From contig CAWIYV010000010.1 of assembly GCA_963840455.1 (NCBI GenBank), positions 160,001 through 224,000 of the forward strand: a stretch of DNA of 64,000 nucleotides. The letters run 5' to 3'. This DNA is from Nitrospirota bacterium (GTDB taxonomy: Bacteria > Nitrospirota > UBA9217). The position numbers were made by a program, and so were the translations under genes. Below are positions 19,623 through 30,755 of the stretch, one piece after another (positions within the stretch are counted from its first letter, which is position 1; every line of letters starts with the position of its first letter). The notes beneath the pieces were generated by a model. The model searched no databases, was not told the origin of the DNA, and saw only the letters and a list, made by a program, of their open reading frames with translations.

Positions 19623-20108
19623 TTATCCCTCGATGACACCCCGCTCCTCCCAGAGGAACCAGTTACCTGTATCCGAGAGATGACTGTAGGTGTTCGCAAA
19701 GATCTCGTAGTGCTGCCGCTCTTCCTCGATCAACCTCGTGAACAGGGCCTTCTCCTTGTCCGTTTTGGCCGTTGCGAGTGACTTGCGGTAGAACTTTTCT
19801 CCTTCCTTTTCCATCTCCATGGCGATCTTGAAAGCATCGAGCTCGTCCTTGCTTGCCGCCACTTTTTTCATCATCGTGTCCTTCATGGACTCGAAGACCG
19901 TCTTGACCTTGCCCATGGGGCTCACGTCATCAATTTTGATGTTCATGCCCCTGATGAGGTCCGAGATCATGGTCAGGTGGCGTTTTTCATCCTCCGTGAT
20001 GCTAAGAAACATCTTCTTTCCGGCCTCATAGCCTGTTTTTCCGGCAGCCTCGGTGTAGAATTTGATGGCATCGGTCTCCATTTTCCTGGCCACTTCAAGT
20101 GCGTTCAT
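19623..20108 (-). CDS. Rubrerythrin/ferritin-like di-iron protein
   Basis: Duplicated AxxME...FY and EExxH motifs (EDEKRH, EEERQH). Confidence 0.85.
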   Translation of the reverse strand: MNALEVARKMETDAIKFYTEAAGKTGYEAGKKMFLSITEDEKRHLTMISDLIRGMNIKIDDVSPMGKVKTVFESMKDTMMKKVAASKDELDAFKIAMEMEKEGEKFYRKSLATAKTDKEKALFTRLIEEERQHYEIFANTYSHLSDTGNWFLWEERGVIEG

Positions 20109-20327
20109 GCTGCCCTCCTTTGTTTTATGACGCGATTTCGAAAAAATATACCAATAAATACAAAGCGTTATTTGCTATAAAAGACCTATCATGTCCTTGA
20201 TCTCTTGACCTGACCCTATTATAGCATACAATTTCAAGGAGTTGAAAGGAAAATCGGTTAAAAGTTGTCCCTTATCATGAAGAGCTTTCGGGAAGGTAGA
20301 ACGAGAATAGGGATCGAGAAAGTTTTT

Positions 20328-20657
20328 TTATATTTGCTGGACAAGGGTAAAGGATGCCTTGATGAAGCAAATGCCCTGGGGAAGTTTGCAGTTGCCGGCC
20401 TTCTTTTGTCCCGAGGGGTCCGTAGGGCCCTGAAGCGCTGACAGGCCAGCCCGGATCCCGGCCAGCATGCCGACGAACTCGGGGGTGAGCGCCTTGAGCG
20501 CATTGGCATTCTCGGCTTCGAGCTTCGCGAGGTTCTCCCGGGCGGCTTTCAGCGTGTTCGCGTAGGCGCTGCAGACTCTGCAGTAGGGATCTTTCTGCTG
20601 GTTCCTGAATACACCGAGCAGGAAGTGGTATCCGCGGACCTGGTTCATGAGCTCCAT
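20328..20657 (-). CDS. Hypothetical helical protein with CxxC and C-terminal Cys pair
   Basis: GAGGAGG RBS, YCRVC and GNCKLPQGIC. Confidence 0.7.
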   Translation of the reverse strand: MELMNQVRGYHFLLGVFRNQQKDPYCRVCSAYANTLKAARENLAKLEAENANALKALTPEFVGMLAGIRAGLSALQGPTDPSGQKKAGNCKLPQGICFIKASFTLVQQI

Positions 20658-20673
20658 GTCGCCTCCTCAGCTG

Positions 20674-20776
20674 TTGAAGCTCCCTGCAGCAGGCTGCAGG
20701 GAATTTTGGACCCAGGGTAGTATGTTCATACAAATCGCTCGCAAACCGCTCAGCAAACTGCGAGGAAAGCGCTTGC
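20674..20776. repeat. ~100-nt two-hairpin interspersed repeat, copy 1
   Basis: TTGAAGCTCCCTGCAGCAGGCTGCAGGGAATTTT...CAGGGTAG..TGTT...AATCGCTCGC; aligns with the copies at 39974 and 52610. Confidence 0.8.
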
Positions 20777-20956
20777 ACTGGCTTCAAAGTGGTTGAACAC
20801 GGTGCTGTCCAACCGTTCATTCTTCTGTACCGGAAAACATACTCTTATTGATGGGACCTCTTGGAAACATTGTTTTCTTATAGTGCGGGATAAGCTGGAA
20901 ATGTCAAGGTGTCAGAACTCGGCGTCCGAAATTTAACGGGGTTTGGGACCGCTTGT

Positions 20957-21577
20957 TCACCACTCCAGGCTCAGCAGTGCAAGGATGCCGGAGGCCGCGA
21001 TGATCGTGCCGGAGATCCGGTTCACCCAGACCAGTTGGTGGGCCTGGAAGCGTTTGCGGTAAAGGCTGAAGAGCCCGACGAGAAAGAGCCACCAGATTGC
21101 CGAGCCCAGGAACACGCCCAGGATCAGGACCCCGGCGGACAGGACACTGCCCCTGGTGCCGGCAAGCCCGAAACCGGCGAAGACTGCGGCGAAGGACAGG
21201 ATCGTCATAGGGTTGGTGAGGGTGAGGAAGAAGGTCGAGGTGTACATACCTGCATAGTGCCGGGCGGACCGCGGTAGGTCGGTCTTCTTCACGGTTTTGG
21301 CCAGGAACGCCTTGACGCCCAGGAACAGCAGCAGACCGCCCCCGATCAGCCGGAGGGAGGACTGATGGCCGACGAGGAACGCGGAAATGAAGGTCAGGCC
21401 GAAGGCCGCGATGAACCCGTAGATGGCGTCGGCCGTTGCCGCGCCCATGCCGGAGAAGAATCCGGCCCTGCGGCCGTGCATCAACGTACGGCGCGCGCAC
21501 AGGACGCCTATGGGCCCTACAGGCGCCGCTATCACGAACCCAATGATGAGGCCCTTAAGAAAAAATACGGTGTCCAT
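20957..21577 (-). CDS. LysE-family translocator
   Basis: AAPVGP, GAATADAIY, LTLTNP and GSAIWW; about 6 TM segments. Confidence 0.9.
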   Translation of the reverse strand: MDTVFFLKGLIIGFVIAAPVGPIGVLCARRTLMHGRRAGFFSGMGAATADAIYGFIAAFGLTFISAFLVGHQSSLRLIGGGLLLFLGVKAFLAKTVKKTDLPRSARHYAGMYTSTFFLTLTNPMTILSFAAVFAGFGLAGTRGSVLSAGVLILGVFLGSAIWWLFLVGLFSLYRKRFQAHQLVWVNRISGTIIAASGILALLSLEW

Positions 21578-21733
21578 AGAATTGTGGGCCTCATTCTACT
21601 GAATTCGGGCATGCTTTTGCAAGGAATTTTGCCTTTCTCTGCCCAGGGTGATATGATTTACCTCATACCGCCAGCCCTGCCAATGAGGTAGAGTATGAAC
21701 AGTGAACGAACATTCGGACCGAGGAGGTTTACC

Positions 21734-22198
21734 ATGAAGAACGAAAAGAACGAGGGATGCCCGTCCTGTGCATCAGTGGCAATGGCCGAGCCGTCTGTTG
21801 TCGGCGATGAGGTAAAAAGACTGTCCCACTGGCCGATCCAGCTCAAGCTCATCGGCACGATCGCGCCGTTCCTGAACAACGCCGACTTGCTGGTGGCGGC
21901 GGACTGTACCGCCTTCGCCACGCCGTATTTCCACTCCGAGTTCCTGAAGGACCATAAGGTCCTGATCGGGTGCCCGAAGCTCGACGACGGCATGCAGTAC
22001 GTGGAGAAGTTCACCCAGATCTTCAGCACCACACCCATCAAGAGCCTCACGGTCCTCAGGATGGAAGTGCCCTGCTGCGGCGGGATGACCATGATCCTGA
22101 AAGAGGCCCTAAAGAGGTCGGGCAAGAACATCCCCTTCACCGAAACCGTCATTAGTGTGAAAGGCGACAAGCTCTCGGAGAAGACCGTCACCCTGTGA
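21734..22198 (+). CDS. Fe-S cluster-binding protein (stand-alone WPIQL/GCPKLD/MEVPCC domain)
   Basis: WPIQLKL, AADC, GCPKLD and MEVPCCGG motifs; GAGGAGG RBS. Confidence 0.8.
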   Translation: MKNEKNEGCPSCASVAMAEPSVVGDEVKRLSHWPIQLKLIGTIAPFLNNADLLVAADCTAFATPYFHSEFLKDHKVLIGCPKLDDGMQYVEKFTQIFSTTPIKSLTVLRMEVPCCGGMTMILKEALKRSGKNIPFTETVISVKGDKLSEKTVTL

Positions 22199-22395
22199 CT
22201 GGTCGGATCGGGCGTGCAGAAACTCGGCCTGCAAAATAAAATTAATAACCCTTGACTTCCTGATGCCGAAGTGGCATTATGCAGTCTAGAAGTTCCGGAT
22301 GTTCTTGTAGGGAAACCGCAAAGACAGATCCACTTTGCGGTATTTTTTTTGTCCTTATCCGTCGCTTCAATTCATCAAGAAGGAGGTAGCTCACC

Positions 22396-22596
22396 ATGGA
22401 AACAGGTACGGTTAAGTGGTTCAATGATGCCAAAGGTTTTGGATTCATTACCCGCGAAACAGGCGCTGACGTGTTCGTGCATTTCGGCGACATTCAGGAT
22501 AGCGGCTTCAAGTCGCTGGCCGAAGGCCAGCAGGTGCAGTTCGACGTTGTCGACTCGCCCAAGGGCGCCAAGGCAGCCAATGTCGTAAAGCTCTAA
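22396..22596 (+). CDS. Cold-shock protein
   Basis: [15 protein letters not shown] and DVFVHF; AGGAGG RBS and a long 5' UTR. Confidence 0.95.
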   Translation: METGTVKWFNDAKGFGFITRETGADVFVHFGDIQDSGFKSLAEGQQVQFDVVDSPKGAKAANVVKL

Positions 22597-22615
22597 GCGA
22601 ACGCTTATAACTTTG

Positions 22616-22647
22616 ACAGGCCCTGATCATTCAGGGCCTGTTTTTTT
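22616..22647 (+). terminator. Intrinsic terminator after csp
   Basis: ACAGGCCCTGA-TCAT-TCAGGGCCTGT plus a T run. Confidence 0.85.
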
Positions 22648-22995
22648 GCCCGCTCACCATTCCTTCCCGCCTTCTTCCCCCGTAAGGAAATGCATATCGA
22701 TGATCCCTGCTGTGATCGCTTAAGGATCTTCACAAAAAAACTGTCAGCGCCAGATTGGTGCTGCTTCAGAAGACCCTAGCACTGCATCGATCAGCGTGAA
22801 TCCAGACGCGAGCGCCACTCCCGCACCAGCGAGATCAGCGAGCGATCATGATGACGGAACTGCCTTGAGGATATCCGTTCTCCGGCACCCTGTTGGATCA
22901 AATGCGAGATAATAGCTGTTGACATAAGTTGCAGGCCCTATTATTCTCTACTCACGTTGGAGATATCCGGGTCAAGATCGAGTACACTCATTCCT

Positions 22996-24273
22996 ATGAA
23001 CGATAAAATCGCGATCATCGGCGGAGGGATAGCCGGCTTAACAGCGGCGTACTTGCTTCATGACAAGTACGATATCACACTGTTTGAACGGTCCGACAGA
23101 TTAGGGGGCAATGCCTATACCGTAACGACCCCCGACGGTGAAGAGTCGGATATTGCCACTGCGGCCTTTGGAGGATCCTCGTACAAGAACGTTCTACGAC
23201 TGTTCAGAAAATTGGATATTGATACGATACGGTCCTTCCGGATGAAGCCCTGCGAAATTTCAGGCCCCGGTGCAAGTTTTTTCGATCTTGATACAAAAAA
23301 AGGCCTGTTTTTAACACCCAAGCTCAGGGGTCTGTTCGCCCAGAATTTTGCGCTGCTCAGGCCGGATCGCGTCAAAAGTATTCTGCAGCTAATGTCCGGA
23401 TTGACGAGAGGACACGCACTGTCGCGGCAGGGAGACCTTGAAGGCCTCACCCTGGAAGAGGCACTGAAGAAGATCCCGCCGTTGCGGGGCGATGCAAAGT
23501 TGATGCTCATATGCTGTCTGTGCCTGATGTCATCCATGCACTGTAGTGATGTTCTGGATGCTCCTGCCGCCTTTTGCTTCGCAAAGCTGAAAAAATATCA
23601 TGACCTCATGCCTCCCGGGGCGCTGTTTTCCGTCCGTTTTGCGAAGAACGGCACGAAGAGTTATGTGCGCGCATTAGCCGCCCATATTCAGGAGGCGATC
23701 GTCCTGCATGCGAAGATCAGGGCGGTCAGGCGGCAGGATGCCCGGGTGCAGCTGCGTATGGACGACGGAAAGGAACTGCTCTTTGACAAGGTCGTCTTTG
23801 CCTGTAATGCCGATCAGGCGCTGGCATTGCTGGAGGGACCGACGGATGATGAGAAAAGACTGCTGGGCGCCTGGAAATACACCGAGGGCAGGATCATTGT
23901 CCATACCGATCACTCGCGGTTCCCGAAACGGGACCTGATGGAAGGATATACGTTCCTGTATCAGGCCAAGGGCAGATACATCGAAACGTCCGTCAGCGGC
24001 TCCTTGCGAGCCTTGCCCGGCGTATCAAAAAAGAGCGACCTGATCAGCACGCAGCATCCCAATTTTCCGATCGCGAAGGACCACCAGGTGTTCGAAAAGG
24101 TCTTCAGGACGCCGATATTCGATTTCCGGTCTTGCGCGACCATACCTGAATTGCCGTCCTTGAACGGGGTGAGGAACAGCTACTATTGCGGCAGCCATTT
24201 CGGGTTTGGCCTGCATGAAGATGCGGTCACTTCCGCTATCGAGGTAGTCCGAACGTTGGGCGTCGATTTCTGA
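22996..24273 (+). CDS. FAD-dependent oxidoreductase (amine oxidase/NAD-FAD binding family)
   Basis: IAIIGGGIAGL, RLGGNA, ACNADQAL and CGSHFGFGLHEDA. Promoter TTGACA-17-TATTCT lies upstream. Confidence 0.85.
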   Translation: MNDKIAIIGGGIAGLTAAYLLHDKYDITLFERSDRLGGNAYTVTTPDGEESDIATAAFGGSSYKNVLRLFRKLDIDTIRSFRMKPCEISGPGASFFDLDTKKGLFLTPKLRGLFAQNFALLRPDRVKSILQLMSGLTRGHALSRQGDLEGLTLEEALKKIPPLRGDAKLMLICCLCLMSSMHCSDVLDAPAAFCFAKLKKYHDLMPPGALFSVRFAKNGTKSYVRALAAHIQEAIVLHAKIRAVRRQDARVQLRMDDGKELLFDKVVFACNADQALALLEGPTDDEKRLLGAWKYTEGRIIVHTDHSRFPKRDLMEGYTFLYQAKGRYIETSVSGSLRALPGVSKKSDLISTQHPNFPIAKDHQVFEKVFRTPIFDFRSCATIPELPSLNGVRNSYYCGSHFGFGLHEDAVTSAIEVVRTLGVDF

Positions 24274-24429
24274 CTGGTTTTTCCAATAGGTCGCTGCGCC
24301 GTTTCTCGACCGGAGGCGGATTCCGGCCCCGGCATCCGGTCCTGACCGATGTCGCCCGCCCTTTTCATGGTCAATACCGTAGACGCATAATAATTGAAAT
24401 ACAAAATATTCGAGTGTTATACTGACCCT

Positions 24430-26596
24430 ATGGAACGGCGATACTCTCCTGAAGAACACCTTTTGAAATTGACCCAGGACTGGCTCGGCACCGTGCTCAT
24501 TATCGGCGCCATCCTCTTTCCCGCCCTGCAGTTCATGGACTTGTTCGTATCACCGGACAAGTTCATGCGGTTCATGCTGTACCGGCTGGTCATTTCCTTC
24601 ATTTTCGTCATCCTCTACTATGTCAACCGGCTGAAGCGGGGCAAGGCCTACCAGTACGGCATCGCCTCGGTCGCCACCACCCTCTGCGCGATCACCATCG
24701 AGCTCGCCGTGCTCGAGAGCGGCGGCCAGAACTCGTCCTACTACGCCGCGATGATCATCCTGGCGATCTGCGGCCTGGGCTTCGTCCCGGTCAGCATGTC
24801 CGTAGCGTTCATCCTGGTGGGGATCGTCTACGGCATCTATGTTGTACCGATCCTGCTCACCGAGACGATCACCGCCGGCATGTTCGTCAGCAACAATGCC
24901 TTCCTGATATCGTCGTTCGTCATGGGGCTTCTCCTCCGCTACAACCACCAAAAACTCCTGGTTGCGGAGCTGCAGCTCCGGGCAGAGCTTTCCGAGGAAA
25001 AAAATAAACTGGAGCTTTATTCCCTCAAGCTCAAGGACCAGGTCTCTGAAAAGACGGGAGAGCTTGACGATATCGGAACAGAAATACCGCGCCTTGTTCG
25101 ATAATGCGACCGACGGCATAGCCGTTCTCGACCGCAACGGGAACATTACGGACGTGAACCAGCAATTCAGTGCGCTCCATGGCTTTGCGCGGGGGTCGAT
25201 CATCGGCACCAATATCAGGCGCCTCATGGTCGGTCTTGTCGAAGAAGAATACGATGCACGGCACAACCGGATCCTGAAGGGAGAGTCCCTTCTCTACGAG
25301 GCGGAACACTTTCGGAAGGACGGAAGCACCGTACAACTGGAGATCAGCGCCCGGGCGATCGATATCGGCGGGATGGTGCATATCCAGTCCTTCCACCGGG
25401 ATATTACGGAAAAAAAACAGCTCCAGGAACAGGCCATCCAGTCGCAGAAGATGGAATCCATGGGGGTGCTCGCAGGCGGCATTGCGCATGATTTTAACAA
25501 TACCCTGACGGCGATCCTCGGTCATACCGAAGTGCTGCGGCGGCGCATTCGTTCCGACGAGTTCGGGTTGAGGAGGATCAAGACGATCGAGGAAGCCGCA
25601 AAACGTTCCGGGCTCATGGTCTCAAAGCTCTTGAGCTTCGCCCGCAAGGAATCCCTGGAACTGATCCCGACAGACCTGAACATGGTCGTGATGGACACCA
25701 CGGAACTGCTCGGCCGGGCTTTTATCGATCGGAACATCACGGTGAAGGTCGAAACCGAGACTGACCTGCCGGCAGTCACCGGAGACAGCATCCATCTTGA
25801 GCAGGTCATCACGAACTTGGCGATGAACGCGATGGATGCCATGCCCGGAGGCGGCACACTGACGATCACGACCTCGACCATGGAGATCCGCGCGCCTTCG
25901 TCCCCGATACGTCCTTTCCTGGCGCCCGGCAAGTACGCGGTCCTCTCGGTGGCGGATACGGGGACCGGGATCCCTCCGGAGGTCAGGAGCCGCATATTCG
26001 AGCCCTTCTTCACAACGAAGCCGGTCGGCAGGGGGACCGGCCTGGGACTGGCCATGGTATACGGTATCGTGAAAAGCCACCAGGGAGAGATCTGGGTACG
26101 GAGCGAGCCGGGGATCGGAACGACCTTCGAGATCTACATCCCGTCCCTGGACAGGCCTGCCGCAGTTCACCGGGCGTTCGAGGGCGATCCACTCTTCGAA
26201 GCGGCAGGGAGCGAGTGCGTGCTCATCGTGGACGATGAGCAGGACGTATTGTCCTATATCAAAGACACCCTCGATTCCCATGGATATAAGACCTTTGCCA
26301 CGGACAGCCCTGTGTACGCGCAGGAACTGTTCCAGGAGATGTCGGACGACATTGATCTGGTCATAACGGATATGATTATGCCGCTCCTAAACGGTGCTGA
26401 ATTGGCGAGACAGTTCAAAGCGGCACGTAAGGACGTCAAGGTGATCGGCATTTCAGGCTTCAGCGGCGGATCGGTCGCCAGCGCGGCGAAAGACCTTGAT
26501 GCACTCATCAAAAAGCCGTTCGATGGCGCAAAACTGCTGACCTCGGTCCGGTCGGTGCTCGATGCACGAGGGAATAGCCGGTTGCCTCGGGAGTGA
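24430..26596 (+). CDS. Membrane PAS hybrid histidine kinase (TM-PAS-HisKA-HATPase-REC), frameshift near 25064
   Basis: The TM ORF (24394..25104) and the kinase ORF (SEQKYRALFD, AGGIAHDFNN, NAMDAM, FFTTK, GTGLGL, REC) overlap and join at ...KTGEL/TISEQKYR. Confidence 0.85.
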
Positions 26597-26655
26597 GCCC
26601 CCCCTTGTTTCACCCTTTTTCCCCTGACAAGGCATGATTACGAAGGAGCGCCTTT

Positions 26656-28857
26656 ATGCTCAAGAATCTCCTGCTTATCACACCGCCCTTCACCCAGTTG
26701 AACACGACCTACCCGGCAACGCCTTACCTCAAAGGCTTCTTGAAATTGCATGGCTACAGGGTATTTCAGGCAGACCTGGGCATCGAGTTGATCAATAGAA
26801 TATTTTCCCGGGAAGGGTTCCAAGGACTGTTCGCCTCGGCGGGCCATAGCGACAAACAGCTCTCGCAGAACTCGCTCCGGATCATGCGCAATGAACAGTA
26901 CTATCTCCGAACCGTGGACCACGTGATGAGCTTCCTGCAGTACCGTGACAATACGCCTGCCCGGCTCATCTGCAGTGATAATTTTCTGCCGAGGGCTTCG
27001 CGCTTCGATCAATTGCCCGACCTGGAATGGTCCTTCGGAACCATGGGCGTGAACGACCAGGCCCGGTTCCTGGCCACCTTATATATTGAGGATGTGGGCG
27101 ACCTCATCAAGGAGGCCATAACGCCCTACTTTGGCTTCAGCCGCTATGCGGAAAAACTGGGGATATCGGCCCATTCTTTTGCTTCCCTTGACGCAGCCCT
27201 GCAGCAGCCCGAAAATATCATCGAGGCCTGGATGCTTGACCTGCTGAAAGGGCACATCGAGCAGCATCGTCCCGATGTCACGGGGATCACCATCCCCTTT
27301 CCCGGAAATCTGTATGCAGGATTGAGGTGCGGTCAATGCATCAAGAAGAATTATCCTTACCTGAAGATCATCGCAGGCGGTGGGTTCGTGAACACCGAGC
27401 TTCGTGAATTGTCAGAACCCGCGGTCTTTAACTACGTGGACCATATAACCCTTGACGACGGCGAACTCCCTTTCCTGAACATTCTGAAATTCCTTCGCGG
27501 TGACATTGAGCCGTGCGACCTCAGGAGGACCTTCATGAGGGTTGGCGGTGAAGTGCGGTATTTCGACAATGACGCGGAAAAGGACCCTTCCCTTGCCGAG
27601 ACCGGCTGTCCGGACTATTCGGACCTGCCATCGGACAAGTATCTCTCGCTCATTGAGGTAGCAAATCCCATGCACCGCCTGTGGTCCGACGGACGATGGA
27701 ACAAGCTCACCATCGCCCATGGCTGCTACTGGCATCAATGCTCCTTCTGTGACACCACCCTCGATTACATACAGCGCTATGCGAGCGCGCCGGCCAGCGT
27801 GCTGGTCGACAGGATCGAGCAGGTGATCGCCCAAACCGGCCAGACAGGCTTTCATTTTGTCGATGAGGCCGCCCCCCCTGCGGTGTTGAAGGAACTGGCT
27901 CTGGAACTGCTGAGGCGAGAGGTTGGCATCTCCTGGTGGGTGAACATCCGCTTTGAAAGCGCCTTTAGCCGGGACCTCTGCAGGCTCCTGGCAGCATCAG
28001 GCTGCATTGCCGTGACCGGCGGCCTGGAAGCGGCCTCTGACCGGATATTGAAGCTCATGAACAAGGGCGTGACCGTCAAGCAAGCGGCGCAAGCGTGCCG
28101 CAATTTCAGCGAAGCAGGCATCATGGTCCACGCCTATCTGATGTATGGATTCCCCACGCAGACCGAGCAGGAGACCATCGACGCCCTTGAGATCGTGCGC
28201 CAGTTCTTCCGAGAGGAGCTCATCCAATCCGCGTTCTGGCATCAGTTCACCGCTACCGTTCACAGTGATGTAGGAAGGAACCCGGAGAAATACCAGTGTA
28301 GGATCAACGGACGCCCTGCCGGCACGTTCGCCAGGAACGATCTCGTGCACGAAGACCCCACGGGCTGCAACCATCAGGCTTATGCACAGGGCCTGAAAAA
28401 AGCAGCGTACAACTTCATGCACGGCCTCGGCACGGACCTGCCGGTCAAAACATGGTTCGACTTCAAGGTCCCCGCGGCCTCAATAAAAAGAAGTTACGTG
28501 CAGCAGGCGATAAACGAGAAGCCTGCTGTCGAGGGTGAATTGATGAGGTCCAGGATGGTCTGGATCGAGAACCTGCCGCACTCCCTGCAGATCGATCCGG
28601 CGAAGAAGAGGAATAAAGCTGGGGAAGATAAATTTGTTTTTTATTCCAAGACGGAAACGTTCACGCTGTCGACGACCGGCGAGTTCGGGGTATGGTTGAA
28701 CGCCGTGCTCAGCAGGTCCTCCCTGCAGCATTCGACATTCATGACCCTCGAAGAGCTCAAGCCGGAATATGAGAAACAATTCTCCTCGGCCTTTGGAACT
28801 TTTCTGAGGTCGAGGGAATGGAAGACCTTGCGGGAAAAGGGATTGCTGCTGATCTGA
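26656..28857 (+). CDS. B12-binding-domain radical SAM protein
   Basis: PPFTQLNTTYPA, GCYWHQCSFCD, HFVDEA and HAYLMYGFP. Confidence 0.85.
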   Translation: MLKNLLLITPPFTQLNTTYPATPYLKGFLKLHGYRVFQADLGIELINRIFSREGFQGLFASAGHSDKQLSQNSLRIMRNEQYYLRTVDHVMSFLQYRDNTPARLICSDNFLPRASRFDQLPDLEWSFGTMGVNDQARFLATLYIEDVGDLIKEAITPYFGFSRYAEKLGISAHSFASLDAALQQPENIIEAWMLDLLKGHIEQHRPDVTGITIPFPGNLYAGLRCGQCIKKNYPYLKIIAGGGFVNTELRELSEPAVFNYVDHITLDDGELPFLNILKFLRGDIEPCDLRRTFMRVGGEVRYFDNDAEKDPSLAETGCPDYSDLPSDKYLSLIEVANPMHRLWSDGRWNKLTIAHGCYWHQCSFCDTTLDYIQRYASAPASVLVDRIEQVIAQTGQTGFHFVDEAAPPAVLKELALELLRREVGISWWVNIRFESAFSRDLCRLLAASGCIAVTGGLEAASDRILKLMNKGVTVKQAAQACRNFSEAGIMVHAYLMYGFPTQTEQETIDALEIVRQFFREELIQSAFWHQFTATVHSDVGRNPEKYQCRINGRPAGTFARNDLVHEDPTGCNHQAYAQGLKKAAYNFMHGLGTDLPVKTWFDFKVPAASIKRSYVQQAINEKPAVEGELMRSRMVWIENLPHSLQIDPAKKRNKAGEDKFVFYSKTETFTLSTTGEFGVWLNAVLSRSSLQHSTFMTLEELKPEYEKQFSSAFGTFLRSREWKTLREKGLLLI

Positions 28858-28869
28858 TCCCGGATGCTG

Positions 28870-29922
28870 TTAGCGCCAGAAATCCCGGCAGGCCCTATCC
28901 AGGAAATTCCCCGCTCTGAAGGTCGCATCATTCGCGACTGCGACCGCGGCTATGCCTGTATCCTGGTAGATCCTCATCTCTCCGTGAAACCCGCCGCCGC
29001 CCCCCTCCTTATAAAAATAGTGTTTCCCCTTTGCCCTGCCGACATGCCAGCCAAGGGTCATAGGAACAGGTTTTCCGCAATTGTTCTTCTGCTGCTGGTA
29101 AAAGAGATCTTTTATTTCCCGGCCAAACAGGACCGACCGGGCCTTCAGCTGGTCCTGAAGAAAGACTGCGACAGCGCGCCCCGATGCCACGAGCCCGCCG
29201 TAAGCCGGCCCGTTAAGATAGTGGTCCTTGATATGGAACCAGCGGCCCTCATAGGAACCGAAGAAACGGCGTTCCATGAGCAGCGATTTAATGAGGTTCG
29301 TGAAAGAATACTTCGGGATGTATCCTTTGGCATGATGAGTTGGGGTCGGGACCACAAAGCCGATCTCCGATGAATGCAATCCCAGCCGGCCAAAGATGTT
29401 CTTCTCCATGTAGACTTCAAATGTCATATCGCTCACCTGCTCGATGACCCTGCCCAGAATCCAGTAGGCAATGTTCGAGTAGCCGTACTTTTTTCCCGGC
29501 GCAAAGTCCGGTTTTCCGTGGACCTTCAGCACCGCATCCAGCGCGGCATGTTCGTCAAATTGCGGATGCTCTGCCGCCAGGTGGACCCATTTGAGCGGGA
29601 CTGGATTGGGAATTCCCGACGTCTGGGAAAGCAGGTGCCGGATTGTCACTGCATCGCCGTACGGGGTGTGCGGGACATAATGCCGGAAAGGGGCGTCCAG
29701 GTCAACCTCCCCCCCCTCGACAAGCTGCAGGACTGCAGCAGCGGTGAAGGTCTTGGTCATGGAGTAGAGCATTGTCGTGGTGTCGGGCTCCATCCTTTTC
29801 CTTCCTGCGACATCTGCCCAGCCGCCGGCGTGTTCAAAGAGCGACCTCTCGGCATCCACCAGCACGCATTGAATGCCCGGTACACCTAAATGCCCTATCA
29901 TGTCCTCGATGGATTCTCTCAT
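28870..29922 (-). CDS. Serine hydrolase, beta-lactamase family
   Basis: SMTK (SxxK), LLSQTSG and YSN. The ATG overlaps the truC stop. Confidence 0.85.
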   Translation of the reverse strand: MRESIEDMIGHLGVPGIQCVLVDAERSLFEHAGGWADVAGRKRMEPDTTTMLYSMTKTFTAAAVLQLVEGGEVDLDAPFRHYVPHTPYGDAVTIRHLLSQTSGIPNPVPLKWVHLAAEHPQFDEHAALDAVLKVHGKPDFAPGKKYGYSNIAYWILGRVIEQVSDMTFEVYMEKNIFGRLGLHSSEIGFVVPTPTHHAKGYIPKYSFTNLIKSLLMERRFFGSYEGRWFHIKDHYLNGPAYGGLVASGRAVAVFLQDQLKARSVLFGREIKDLFYQQQKNNCGKPVPMTLGWHVGRAKGKHYFYKEGGGGGFHGEMRIYQDTGIAAVAVANDATFRAGNFLDRACRDFWR

Positions 29923-30686
29923 ATGATGGCACGAGACCCGGTCGCGTCCAGGTTTTGCCATTGCAGTGCCTCCAGAAGATCGTTAAAGACATTATCCAGA
30001 GGAGCTTCAATGGTCAACAGCAGGCCGGCGTAAGGATGAACGAACTCGATCTCCCGTGCATGCAGCAGCAAGCGATGGCAATCGAACTGCTTTCGGAAAA
30101 AGTCATTATGCTTTCCGTCGCCAAAGGCAGTATCGCCGATGACCGGGTGAAAGATATGCTTCAGGTGGCGTCGTATCTGGTGGTTGCGGCCGGTGAGAGG
30201 CGACGCCTTGATGAGAGAATAGCGTGCCGTGGCGTAGCGGCCCACAGGATAGGGCAGTTCAACTGCCGCTAAGCGTCGATATTCGGTTACCGACTCTTTC
30301 CCGGGCTTGTCCCTGTCCGCGTTCTGGTCGATCATCCTGTCCCATTGGTCCTTGAGGGGATGATCGATGCGTTCGAATTCCTCGGTGAACCCCCGTACCA
30401 CTGCTAGATAGGACTTGCCGACCGTTCCGTCAGTAAAGGACTGCGTCATGCGCCGGGCGGTCTCTTTGTCCAGAGCGAACAGCAGGACCCCTGACGTGGC
30501 CTTATCGAGACGGTGGAAGGGGTAGACCCACTGCCCCAACTGGTTCCGGACGATGTGCATGGCATTTTCCGTTTCATGCCGGTCAAGGTTGGTGCGATGG
30601 ACCAGAAGGCCCGCGGGCTTGTTGACCGCGACCAGGTGTTCGTCCTGATAGAGTATGGGTAGGGATATCATACGGAATTTTCTCAC
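29919..30686 (-). CDS. truC: tRNA pseudouridine synthase C (RluA family)
   Basis: NKPAGLLVH, HRLDKATSG, TGRNHQIRRHLKHIFHP and GDGKHN. Confidence 0.8.
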   Translation of the reverse strand: MRKFRMISLPILYQDEHLVAVNKPAGLLVHRTNLDRHETENAMHIVRNQLGQWVYPFHRLDKATSGVLLFALDKETARRMTQSFTDGTVGKSYLAVVRGFTEEFERIDHPLKDQWDRMIDQNADRDKPGKESVTEYRRLAAVELPYPVGRYATARYSLIKASPLTGRNHQIRRHLKHIFHPVIGDTAFGDGKHNDFFRKQFDCHRLLLHAREIEFVHPYAGLLLTIEAPLDNVFNDLLEALQWQNLDATGSRAII

Positions 30687-30755
30687 GGCAACGTCATCGT
30701 TTCAAGATGTTTTAGCGCAGAGGATGCGAAGCGCAGAGATGACTCAACTACATGA

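Noticed and set aside
20674-20776. The three-copy repeat as a CRISPR array or intact IS
   Set aside because: The copies are dispersed rather than tandem, with no cas gene or transposase ORF. Kept only as an interspersed repeat.
22740-22850. GFTLID prepilin-like motif on the minus strand
   Set aside because: A short frame bounded by stops with no good start or hydrophobic pilin helix; probably chance.
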